Source: Anthoceros angustus
Lineage: Eukaryota; Plantae; Anthocerotophyta
Reading direction: 5' to 3'
Length of the DNA: 64,000 nt
Assembly (NCBI GenBank): GCA_010909165.1
Contig: MU008159.1
Span: forward strand, 62,001 to 126,000
Both the position numbers and the translations under genes were made by a program. Under the pieces are notes generated by a model. It ran no database searches. It saw only the letters and a program-made list of their open reading frames with translations, and was not told the DNA's origin. This document shows, in pieces, positions 1-11,934 of this stretch (position 1 is its first letter; each line of letters begins with the position of its first letter).

Positions 1-450
1 AGCTGCAGAGCACTGCCACCAGCGGCAGGGACCGCCGGAGCCGGCCCAGTGAGAGGAGAGAGGTGTTATTAGATATTATTACCTACTTCACTTGCACTTC
101 ACATGCGTCCCACCACCCGATTAATTAATGCCGGATGCACAGCACACGGCACGGCGGAAGAACACGACATTCATTCACTGGCCACATCACAGCACTCAAG
201 ATCCTTTTCCGTTCATATAATAGCCGCGGGGAAGGAGCGCACATAGGAAGTGAACTGGCATGCTCGCGGTCGCTCTGTGTCTACAAAATTGTGGTGGCCT
301 TGCGCTTACCACCTGTCTATCCTACATTCTTTACAGCCTCAACTGCATTCTCAACTAACAGCCCTTTTACTGTTGCTGCCCTCCGACCCTTTCTTCCTGC
401 TCCTGCATCTATTGGCGCTGAAAACGAGTTACGCGAAGAGCATCACCATA

Positions 451-1554
451 TCACTCCCCTGAGCCTGATGGTCGAGTAACTGGCAGCTTCCGCTCGGACT
501 GGAGCTGCCTCCTCTCAGGCCACAGCTCGGTCTGCTTCTTGGAGGCCTTCCTCACTACGCTGAGCACATCTTCAGGCCTGAGGGATTCTCCAGTGACGGT
601 CACCTTGTGTGTCTCGGTGTTCACCTTGAACGACCTTATGCCTGCGGAGATGACATGAACACATCGAAGGGTCATGGTCATGGCCAGGGTCAGGGCTGAG
701 GGTCAGGGTCAGGGTCAGTGCCAGGCAAAAAGCAGCAATGAACAACTACTCCTTATTAAGTCTGCAGTAATATGCCTCACCAGCCATGTTGCTCAGCGCT
801 TTCTTCACACTTTTTTTGCAGCCTTCGCAGCACATGAGGCATTTGATCTCCACCGTCTACGCATGACACCACAGCAGAGAATGTGCAGAACGTGAGAAGC
901 CGCCAACCTTTCCAGAGGCACAGACGATGTCGCACGAAGTGGAGCAGAGCGGGGGATACTCACTGTGACCTTGGGCTGCCTCACAGGCGGCTGCTGCTGC
1001 TCTTCCCTCTGCGGAGTCGGCTGAGGCTCGGACCAGTAGGCAGCAGACACGGATTCGTAGGGTGAATTGAAGAACTGCCATTCACGGGAGCAAGTCCGTT
1101 AGCATGCTGTCAATGACAGAAGAGAGGGGGCGGGCAGGGCGGAGCGGAGCGGGGCCGGGCAGGGCAGGGCAGGCAGCAGGTAGTGCAGCTGCAGCTTGGA
1201 GCATGGTCCCCGAGCTAAAGCTAAGGCGAAAGCTCCAGCCTCCAGGGGGAGGAGATGCCATTGCTTGCTACCACGGTGACCTACCTCATCATCATCCTCA
1301 AGCAGCTGCACCCCTCTCAAGCTTTTGGGAGTAAGAAAGCGCAAGAAAGGAAACCTTGAACGTGTCCTCCGCTGGAGCAGTCAGAACGAGAGATTCAAGG
1401 GCTCCCCATGCCCCAAGCTTGCACAAGACACCAGCAATACAAGGCAAAGGCAACAGCAAAAGCAGTGCAGTGCAGTTCCATAGCGAACACGGGCTTCGAG
1501 GTAGGGGCGGACCTGGTGTACAGTCCAGTCGTTGTTGCTCGTGGTGGCCGCCAT
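451..1554 (-). CDS. HMA-domain heavy-metal-associated plant protein (HPP type, no CaaX), paralog 1; 4 exons
   Basis: Hand-spliced GT-AG exons 1554-1513, 1074-964, 856-781 and 641-451 join in frame: MAATTSNNDWTVHQ|FFNSPYESVSAAYW...PKVT|TVEIKCLMCCEGCKKSVKKALSNMA|GIRSFKVNTETHKVTVTGESLRPEDVLSVVRKASKKQTELW. Shows the HMA MxCxxC motif and KVTVTG strand. Confidence 0.88.
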
Positions 1555-2545
1555 GGCGAATGCCCCTCAGGTCTCTCCTGCCAGCTGATCGATCACTGGG
1601 CCGGTGGAGGAAGCAAGCGAGGAAGCGAAGTTTGCAGCAAGGCCAGGGCAGCGGATGCAGAGTGGAGAATGCTGGCAGCTCTGGGCCTTTTTATTGTGGA
1701 GAGAGCCCGTTGCCTGACATTGCCTGCCAGGCCGTGCCGTGCCGTTTGAATTCAGGCCCGGGCGCTTCACTCACACAAGCGCCTAGAAGGCCGAGGCGGG
1801 GCGGGGCCCCTTCTCTCTCAAACGGTCGGTTACTGTGACAAACAGTCTCGGAATATTACAAAAGAAACGCAAAAGCCTCCTGGTCGGAGGTCCTGGTCTG
1901 GCCGCCGCCGGCGCTAATATGTACTCTACATACACGTATGCGTGTGCAGCAGGTACATATGTATCCTGGAAGCTGGCCCGAGGGCCGAACCTCCGAGATT
2001 CTGCGAATGCTTTTACGTGATTGTTTCAAATAAAGGTATGTATTCTATGTAGGTATACCACCTAGGGGCGCGGCGCACCACACATAAATAAATATACATG
2101 TGTTAATTGCAAACTAGGTACACACACAAGTGATTTTCCTGCAATCCGGGTGCGGTGACAGCAAAAGAACAGAGAGCGAATTGCCGGAGCACGGCAGACA
2201 ACAAAACTCGCTACGGTGTTTGCGAAGTTCAGACGGGAGAGTAATGCAGGGCGCGACCTGCCCGGACAAGGAGGGTTGGATAGGAAAATTTCTGGCGATC
2301 AATTCTACGCATCTACGACCAGCTAAGCTTCAAGCCTACAACTTGAAGGCAGTCACTTGGTCGTCTCAGATGATGGAGCTGTGGATGTGGTAAGCCAGCA
2401 GAACTTGGGAGCGGAAGCAGGCAGGGGCTTAGCTTCCCGGGCTGGGCGGAGCGGGACGGAAGGCAGAGACCGGGGGGGAGAGGAATTTCGAAGCGGAAGT
2501 GAATTGGCTGGCTGGCTCTGTCGGCAGCGGCACGGCTAAGTTCAG

Positions 2546-3450
2546 TCACTCCATCCGTGACGCCTTCTTGTCCAGCAGCCGCTTTTCAGGCCACAGTTCA
2601 GTCTGCTTCTTGGACGCCTTCTGCACAACTTTGAGCACGTCTTCCGGTCGGAGAAACTCGCCGCTCACGGTCACTTTGTGAGTCTCATTGTTTACCTTGA
2701 AGGAGCTGATTCCTGCACAGCAGCAAAGCGGTACGGTGGCGATGAGGCGAGTGCAAGCCAGGGCCAGTTGCCAGGACGTAAGCGCTGGCTTGCAAGCTTG
2801 GAATTTACCGGTCATGTTGCTCAAAGCCCGCTTCACGCTCTTCTTGCAGCCCTCGCAGCACATGAGGCATTTGAGCTCCACTGTCTGCGACGAATACAAG
2901 TTTGACGACAAGAGCGGTTAAAAACAGCAGTGAGTGCGGCTGAGGACCGAGGGTCCAGAGAGGAGAAGAGAAGAGAATAGCCATGACCTCGGAAGGAAAG
3001 AAAAAAAACATGGACGACTAATACATGGATGCATTGCTACGATTTGAACTGCCAATCTCGCTGCTATTGCTGTTGCTATTGCTATTGCTATTGCTATTGC
3101 GACGCAAGTGATTCCAAAGCAGCTAAGCCTCGCTTACGGTTGTCCTCGGCTGCCTCGACGAGTGCTCCTCGCGGTGAGGCATCGGTTGAGGCTCCATCCA
3201 GTAGGCAGCTGACACAGGGTCGTAAGGTGTGTTGAAGAACTGCAGAAGCAGGCAGAGAGACCGTGGATGTCATCTCGCGAGCAGAAGCACTTGCAAGTTG
3301 CAGGCAGGCAGACTACAGCACATTGCATTGCATGCAACACAGGAGGTCCTAGAGTAGGCGCGGGCCCAGACGCGCGGCAGCAAAACGTGGAAGTCACATT
3401 ACCTGATAGACAGTCCAGTCATTGCTCAAACTTTCCCTCAATGTCGCCAT
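2546..3450 (-). CDS. HMA-domain protein (HPP type), paralog 2; tandem duplicate of 451-1554
   Basis: Exons 3450-3403, 3239-3138, 2884-2809 and 2712-2546: MATLRESLSNDWTVYQ|FFNTPYDPVSAAYW...|TVELKCLMCCEGCKKSVKRALSNMT|GISSFKVNNETHKVTVSGEFLRPEDVLKVVQKASKKQTELW. HMA domain is near-identical to paralog 1. Confidence 0.9.
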
Positions 3451-3804
3451 GCTGATGCCGCAGGTAGCAGGTAGCCTGGAGGGAGGCGAGGCCAAGGCGA
3501 CCACGATGCGACTCGAAACTCGAATGTCGGGACAGAAGTCGGGGGGTGAAGGCGAGTTGAGACGACGCTGTAGCGTAGCGAACACAAGGAGGCTTCGAGT
3601 GTGCGGCGCGGCTTCACATTACATAGTCTCTCGCAGAGCAGGACAGGACAGGGCAGGGGGCAGGGGGCAGGGAGCAGGGGACAGGGCAGGGCAGGAGGCG
3701 GGCAGGAGCGGGCAGGGCAGGACGGGCAGCCACCTGCCCGACTCTGCTGCCTGGCGCCGGCGGCATTGGCCTTCCAGGCAGGGCGCAGCCCGCCGCTCTT
3801 TATC

Positions 3805-3997
3805 ACCATCGCCATCGCCTCGGGAACCCACCTGATCCGATCCGACTCGACTCGACTCGACTCGACTCGACTCGACCCGTTCCCCGCCCCGACCCGACCA
3901 TCGCCATCGCCTCGGGAACCCACCGATCCGATCCGACTCGACTCGACTCGACTCGACTCGACTCGACCCGTTCCCCGCCCCGACCCGACCCGACCCG
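3805..3997. repeat. (GACTC)n microsatellite inside a ~90-bp tandem duplication
   Basis: Two copies of ccatcgccatcgcctcgggaacccacc...(gactc)n...gacccgttccccgccccgacccga. Confidence 0.85.
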
Positions 3998-4564
3998 GGA
4001 TGTTGCTTCTTCTGGACGCTTCTGCGCCGCTTCGCCCCACCTGTCTCTTGTCTGTCGCCTCCAGTCTCTCCCCTTCGCCGTCACATTCATCTGACACAGC
4101 CTTCGCATACACAGGCGCCATAATCACTCGTCTCTCCTCACTCATCACGCAGCTACAGTACACGCGCCCGGCCTACCTTCCTCCACACGCTTTACGGAAT
4201 TGCACCATTGCACCATTGTACATTGCACCCGAGATCACCCGATCACCCAAACCAATTTTCTTATTTTTCATTTTCTACGAACATTTTCTATGCCCCCGCG
4301 ACCGTGCCCGGACCCCCGGCCGGGGCCCAGGGAAAGGGTACGCCAGTTGGAGTCAGAGTCGGAGTCGGACAGTTTGACGGAACTCTTTATTACTCGTCCG
4401 TCTCGCTCCCTCCCTCTCTGTCTCACCCCATTCACAACGTTTGTTCTGTTCAACTGCTACCGGTACTGTACATCCTTGCAACTAGTCTGCACACTTATGT
4501 ACACAGAGCCCCAAGCTCCCTGCGCAATCGAATGCAATGCAATACGGGCCTTTCGGGCTTCTCA

Positions 4565-5353
4565 TCAGTTTGTATATACATGGGAATACCCAAACACTGG
4601 GCCAGATGAGTAGCCGGCGGAGGAATAGCCTGGGGTGTAGGCCAGTGAGGAGGTATGCAGAGTCTCACCCCTCCAGTAATCGGCTTTCCTTCCTGTCTTC
4701 CTCACTTTCTTCAACACCTCGGCGGGAGCCACGTTTCCAGTCACCGTCACCTTCTGATTGTATACATCCACGTCCACAGTTGCCACACCTGCACAGCTTT
4801 GCAACTTGGTATGTCACTTAACCAGTTGCTTGCCGATGCCATACACTAGGGCAGGGCCCAAACAGTACACCAGTTCGTAATGGATACCTTTCAACTTGGC
4901 AAGCTTCCGCATGATGACCTTGCGGGATCTTTCGGAGCGCATCTCCACCTTGAGCTCCACTATCTGCAACGCAACGCGGTCATGTGAGATGCGGAGGGGA
5001 AGGGCCCCTTCGGGGCGAGGCCCCCGCCCCCGCCCCCGGGAGCTGTGCCACCGCCACCGCATCATGGCCGCAATGTCACCACGTCACGTTGCCACACTTA
5101 CAGGGGAAAGCTGAGGCGCATCGGCAACGTAGGTGGAGGCGTGAGGCGTGCCATGGCCGTGATGCGCAAAGGCGGAGCCTGACGAGGAGCCGTAGAAGTA
5201 ATTTCGGTCACCCTGCGGACACCACAAGCAACACACTCCATTAAACTAGTCTACTCCATTGCATTCCCTTGGAAGCTCATCATCTCGTCCAGCGCTGTGT
5301 GTCACTGACCGGCAAAGCGGTAGCAAGACACGTACCTCGAAGAGAGTCCACAT
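4565..5353 (-). CDS. HMA-fold protein lacking the metal-binding cysteines (MRSERS)
   Basis: Exons 5353-5336, 5212-5102, 4963-4888 and 4788-4565 in frame: MWTLFE|GDRNYFYG...QLSP|IVELKVEMRSERSRKVIMRKLAKLK|GVATVDVDVYNQKVTVTGNVAPAEVLKKVRKTGRKADYW... Confidence 0.82.
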
Positions 5354-6383
5354 GCTGGAGCCTTGTCGATAGACTTGGAATCCCTGGATCAACGTTCGCA
5401 AACCAACACGCACACGAGCCGCAGGCAGGGCAGGCAGATTGCGAGGGATTCTCGAAAGGCAGCAAATGCAGCGTTCGCCTCCAGAGGCGGCACAGGGACA
5501 ACGAGAAGAAAGCAATGCACGGCAACGCTGCGGTCGTCACATTTCAATTCGCTCCTAGGCGATGCTTTGGATTTAAGCCTACGCCTCGGCCCCAGCCCGA
5601 GCCCCAGCCCCAGCCCCAGCCCAATCCCCCAGCCCCAGCAGCATCCACATCCCCATCCCGGCCCCGATACCGCGTGCAGCTACCCACCTGTCAAGCCATG
5701 CTGCTGGCGACGCGTGCCGTGTAGATCTTATTGAAAATGGAGTACTGGCAACGCCTTCTTCGCTGCGCCCGCCGCTTGCCGCTGCTTCATTGGCTGGCCT
5801 GCTGAAGCACTTCTACAGGACGTCATGTCGGGCGCCGAGTTTACAGGTGACCGTTCCTTTCCTGTGTGTGAATCGGCAGAGAATATTGTATTGCCTCTGC
5901 CGCTTGTTCTTTTTGGTGAATTGCCCTTGCCGCGTTGTCTCTTCCTGTTTCATGGATTTAAAATTGATGATATATGAGCAGCGTATATATGTGTACTTAT
6001 ATCACATACGGCACAGAGCCCGACAAGCGATCAGTGGTGTGCGCCGCGGCAGGGCTGTGGAATCGGATATGTACTTGGAGGGCTGCAGCCAGCCTGCAAG
6101 CCTGCAGGCTGCAGACAGACGGATCAACATCGGGGCGAGTGGCACGAGTGAAGAGGCGGCAGCTGGACGTCTCTGCCCACGGGCCTCTGCCACCCTGCGT
6201 GAGCTTTGCCAGTGCCCCTGGCCCCCCTGCGCCTGTCTCTGGCCCTTGCAGCGGAGATGCCAGTCACCTTCTCGTCTCCACTCATCACGCCACCACCTCT
6301 CATCGTCACAGTACACAGGATGGCGTCATGCAGACAGGAAGGCAGCCTAGGGCACGGATGGCGTGAGCCGCGGGGGTCTCGAC

Positions 6384-6402
6384 TCTCGGGCTCGGGCTCG
6401 GG

Positions 6403-6438
<36 letters not shown>
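6384..6438. repeat. (GGCTCG/GGCTCA)n hexanucleotide repeat
   Basis: About 9 tandem units visible directly in the sequence. Confidence 0.85.
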
Positions 6439-6439
<1 letters not shown>

Positions 6440-9400
6440 GGCGGGTGGCCCCTCCCCTCTTCAGTCTCCCACCTTCCACTCTCCGGGCCTTTCAACCTCA
6501 TCAGTTCGTCCACACTGGCCAACCAGGCTGCAGGTGGCTACCAGCTGGCATTCTGGCCGCGCCCTTACGGCTCGCTGTGTCAGGCTCTGTACGCAAACAC
6601 ACCTATGTACCTGTCTTGTTGCTAGGACAGCAGGGCATGTGAGTTGGTTGATGCAGGAAGTGGTAGCAGGGGAAGCTGGAGCCGGGGAAGCTGGAGCCGG
6701 GGAAGCCGGATACTGGAATTGGATCCGAATGCCGGATTTCACCGTCGAGTGAGCACGACCTTGGTTTACGGCATCTGAAGAAGAATATTTCTGTTTCTCT
6801 CCCGCTGTGCTTCCCGGGTAGCTAGCTGGCGGCTCCCGGCATGGCTGAGCTTCAGCTGCCTGCACTTGGCGCCAGGAGTGCTCTGCTGGCAGGGGTGCAG
6901 GAACCGGCTGATGAAGAAGTCGTGTGACTCATTGTGCGCTAGCACCAGGAGAAATAATTCAAGTGAGTGCCGTTGTGACTGCCGTGATCCCTCTTTGACT
7001 CACCGCATTTTTGCACTCCTGTCTTTATGAATCCAGATTGCTTTCAGCAGATATGCAGAATTATCCCAGGCTTTTTCCATATGCACCGGCAAGCTTGGGG
7101 ATCAATTGTGCTGTGTCTCTCAGAGGATCATAGATTGAAGTTCTAGAATTTGCGGCAAAAATCCGCAAGAACATCGAGGACCGAACCTCGCACTGCTAGT
7201 ACGTAGTGAAGACTTTATTGTCAATATGTGCCATCAATCTGCATGCAGGTGTGTGAAGCTGCGATCAGGCAAGCAACTTGTCACTTCTTCCTTCCTCCAT
7301 GCTCTTTCATGTTCGATAAAGGCTGAGATAAATCGCTGGATTGTAAACTCCTGGAAATCGCCTTCTAAGTGCTTCCAGATGGTAAAGTGCTCTGGCGTTC
7401 GCCCCAGCCACCTATTTGCGCCTAGGAGCTGGTTGGCTTTCATTGATTTGCATGTTAAATTCTGCCTCTTTACTGGATCAGGGATGTGAATCGGTAGCTG
7501 CCCTCTCCATTATCGTCACACATTTCTGGTGGCCAACTGGTTAGCTATCTGCTTAGCTATTCCACAGTTACCCCACTGGATAGCCACCAGTTAACCGGTA
7601 TTAGGGGTAGCTAACGTCAGTGGTGGTCAGCTCAAAGTACGTACGTCATTTGCCGATGATACAATATGCTGCCCCTTTGAAAGAGGCGGTAAAAGCTGTG
7701 TTTATGCAGTGAACTCTTCGATTGTTCCCACTGGCTGAGGCCCCAGATTAGGACGGCCAGTTAGCTAGGAACTGTCTGACGTTCAACTATCACTATAGAA
7801 CGGAGGATGCTAGGTTAGTGCCAATGGTATTTCTACAAGGACATTTCTTTCAGCATATTAGATCTGCTAGAGGACCTTGCAATAAAGGGAGAGTGGAGAC
7901 TCACGGCTAGTGGCAGGAGGAAGGAACCTCTCACCACTTGTTTTCATTCATGTCGGGATTGGGGGGTAGAGTGCAGCTGCCACTGGTCTTGATGTCTAGA
8001 GAGTTATCGAGTTGAGATCTGAAGGTTAGCTGATGACCGTGCCACTCTCTGCCTAGCACGCACTCTGCTTTCTCCTCCATCTTGAAGTGCAGGGGAAATG
8101 ACATAAAAGATGAATGTCCAGAAAATGGTACAGAGTCGGTGTCCAGGCCTGCTCTTAAGTGTCTGCTTTACGGACTGCCCTGCTCCGGCTTAGAGTACGT
8201 GTTGGCTGAAGCCATCGTCACCCCCGACTACTGTGCCTAACAGGCATCCCTTTGAGCACCTCTTCCATGGCGTGTCGCTGGCTCACCCTTGAAAGAAAGT
8301 ACTTCATTGTTCCAGCCATTTCTATTTACTTTTCGTACTTGGTGCAGGATGAAAATGGTAACCAGGAGAGAGATCTAGCTGATGCTCGATCCTGTCTTGA
8401 CAAACATAAAAAATGAGCCGTGTTTATCCTCGTAACTGCTAGCACGGAGGATGCATGAGGTATTCGTTTCTGACTGATATCACTGAAGTGGAACTTGCAA
8501 TTGAAGGAAGAGATGATGATTTATTGGCAATCCATGCGCAGACTTGGGAGGGCATCACAGTCCTGTACAAACCCGTCAAGATTATCTGTAGGCACAGAGA
8601 TACTCAAGCTAAATTGTATATGAGCACGTTTCCGAGGAAGGGAGCAGCTCCTAATTCGGTTGACTGAGAAAGCTGTAGGTCGACGATGTCCTCCTGATGC
8701 TTTCTTGCATGCACGGATGGGTGCTTGAGAAGTAGATAGGCCTGGTGGGTGATTTGCATGACTTCTGCCCCATGTATCTCGGTGAGTGTTTCCTACATAA
8801 AATCTTGTGGACACTCGCTTCAATCAATTGATGAGTCTGGTTGATTTGATTAGGTGCATCGATCACATAGAATCTAGGTAGTCCTCCCAAGGAAAGGTTC
8901 CTTGGAACTCCATAGTCAAGCGTTGTTGGGACCGATAAGTACTTAGATGGGGGGATATATATTCCCCGTCTCCGCAGTGTTTGCAGGACCGCCAGTGTAA
9001 GTGCCCTATGAGGTTAGTCTAGAGATTAAACTTCGATGTATATTTTAAAATATTTATATAAATTAAACTATAATATAAAGTCTCTGAATGCTCTAAAAAA
9101 ACAGAAATCTAGGTAGGTACCTAGTTAATGATTCAAATCCTCCGCACATTTGGTTCTTTTTTCCAATATATTTTTATTTATTTATTTTATAAATTTATTA
9201 CTGATTTTTATTTAAGTATATATTAGATAATACCTGGATAGTCTTAGTCTGAGAACTTTGAGAACACATGATCTTCTGCATTTTATTTTTAATATTTTAT
9301 CTCCTTATTTCAAATATACTTCTATATATGATTCATCTCAACCAAGTATTTAAATTTTTTTATTCATTTGATAAAATAATTATAAATTCAATTTTTTTGA

Positions 9401-9558
9401 AGTACTATAAAAATCAACTCAAAATTGTGATGAATTTCCTCCTGGATAAGCTATGTTTTCAAACTCTCTGCAAATAAAACCACATTATGATCACATGTAA
9501 TAAATATATTCAAAAAATTAATTTATATAAAACATGAGAATTATATAATGTAGTTTAT

Positions 9559-11682
9559 CTAACTTGCACTAGAAGCTTCTTCACTCAATGCAACTTCTGA
9601 TGCTGTGGGTTCACCAAGAGGTATGAGACCTCCCTTAAACCTTTGTTTTGATTCCTCCTACATAAGAACAAAGCTTAATATTCTATCAATGGAGAAATAA
9701 AGCTATTAGGTACATAGAGCAACACACCACTAGTCCAGTGCACATGTATTCATAATCAACACTTCAATCACACGTTTAGTCAAAACATGTCATCTATAGT
9801 TTAATACAGTATTGAAGTGGTCCACATTTATCACTATCCCGCTATTTATGTGCTTACAATAAAAATATGATACCTGTAATTCAAAACTATCTTACATTTT
9901 TAATGCGCTTTCTGTAAATGTGAGATGTCCGACTTGAACTAGTCTTCCGCTTGCGATTCTTAGGCTTGGGTAGATTACGTCGGCGTTTGCGTTGCTTTCT
10001 TTTATAGCTCATGACTTTTCTTTTTACCTTTCGTCTCCCACTAAACATTCTTTTTCCCCGCACTTGTACTTTTCTACCTGTTCAATTCCAAATTTTTAAT
10101 AAAATAAATGCTATCATGTATCATGCAAATTTAAGTGGACATGATGTATGCACACACCTTGTTTGCGAAGAGGAGCTCGTCTCCTCTTCCTTGTTTGCGT
10201 TTCAATAAGATCATCTGTAGAAACACCTTGAGAAGTAGTGCCTTTCACAAGAGTTTCCACTTCATGATGAGGTACATGTGCATGTCTCTCTTCATGGTCA
10301 TGTTCATGAGCTTCCAACTCGTGATTCTGAACAATTCCTCTACTTCCATGTAGACCATGAGAAGCATGGCTTCCGGTATGTGATCCTCCATGTGATCCAA
10401 GTGGTAATCCATGACTACGGAGACTTGCATGACTCCCTCCATGAGAACCATGATCTGAGCCGGCTCCATCAACTAAAGTTGTGGCTTGCCCCTGCAAAAT
10501 CCAAAGCAAAATTGAGGTTAAGCCATGCTTAACCTCAAAAGAACCAGTCTTTAAAATATTAATGTATTTGGTTTACTCAGTACAATTAGCTACCATGTTC
10601 TGGAAAGGATATAAAATTTGCTTGGAATACATCACTGTGGGTTGATCATCTTGAATATAACTATGAATATTTCCTTTTTGTGCTCCGAACATATGCCCCG
10701 TCAAAGTTTCTCTTATCAATGTACATGGTATAGGGCATTCTAAGGCTTGATCAGACCCATTTGAAGATCCATGACCAAGTAACTCACACTCCTTACTAGA
10801 ACATTCAAATTCATGACAAGGTGATTCAATACCACCATTTTGTGGAGCTTTAAGGAGGTCATTAGTGGTTCCACCTGCATCAACTATGAGTTGTTGGGAA
10901 CATGTTTCGACGAGGATGGGAGAGTCATTACTACAGCCTTGATGATCTGGACCTTCATCTTCTCCTGATGATCCACATTGATTTTGTTGTGACCTACATT
11001 GACATGTGCTATTTTTGCCTTGTTCATTACAGACAGTCACATCTTCCAAGCATTCCTTACATTCATTAAGTCCATCATCTTCTAGTACTAAGGGTGGTCT
11101 CTCAATAGGGTTGAAGGCATCGTTGAATGTTTCTATGTTATTAGCTCTAAGATCAATAGTTGGCTTGACACAAGAATAACATTGTGCAGGGTCTTGTTCA
11201 TTAGGTTTTGTAGAATTTGTAGCTCCAGCATTCAAGTTACAAAGCAAGTGCTTCGACTCAAATTGTTGGGAGCTATTTTGAATAGATGCGGCAATCATTA
11301 TGCCGCCTATTTGTTTGGGGTTATCTTGATTTACATAATCTACAGATTCTTTCATGTTACAACTCATACTTTTGCTGTTTAGTTGTACACAAACAGATAG
11401 TCCCATTTGGTCTTCTTTAGTGCCAAATGAATTAGATTCATTTCGATTATTTGTTTGATATAAAGTTTTATTAGGTGCTTCATCAATAGACTTACTTTCA
11501 TCTATACATATACCCAATTCATTGGTAGAGGGAAAAGGAGACTCTTCTTTTTCCTTTTCATCCTCAATGTCGCTAGATTTTTCTGCAACTGAGTGATTTA
11601 AAGGCTCTCCATTTGGATTTTTCACAAATCGACGGCCAACTCCCAATCCCATAGTAAGTAGACTCAGAAAGATCTCAGCCAT
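9559..11682 (-). CDS. Unrecognised ~567-aa protein: acidic/Cys-containing N-terminus, His-rich GSH repeats, Arg/Lys-rich protamine-like domain
   Basis: Exons 11682-10594, 10491-10158, 10077-9896 and 9657-9559, all GT-AG and phase-compatible. Exon 2 contains GSHGGSHASLRSHG...HEHDHEERHAHVPHHE. Exon 3 encodes GRKVQVRGKRMFSGRRKVKRKVMSYKRKQRKRRRNLPKPKNRKRK. The last exon is less certain (alternative stop at 9887). Confidence 0.65.
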
Positions 11683-11934
11683 AGCAATTGAAAAGAATTT
11701 TCTTTGTGATGTTATTACCCATTTCAATCTTTATACAATCCTAACATTATATATATATATATATCAGAAAATATAATCAAAGAGTACTTTTTAAGATGAG
11801 AAAAATAAATTATTTTAATTGAAAATATCATTAAATCCTAAAACTATGATATCAAATTATAAATCTACTCTTGAAATTCCTTCCAAAATTGCAACTGTCT
11901 ATTCCAAGAAGAATGATATTTGAATCTCTCACTT

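Noticed and set aside
3438-4377. Long overlapping ORFs (241 and 258 aa)
   Set aside because: Artefacts of stop-free GC-rich microsatellites.
5790-8900. Several ORFs of 70-190 aa between HMA gene 3 and the AT-rich island
   Set aside because: No recognisable domain or consistent splice model; some are driven by simple repeats. Possibly a decayed gene, but not supportable.
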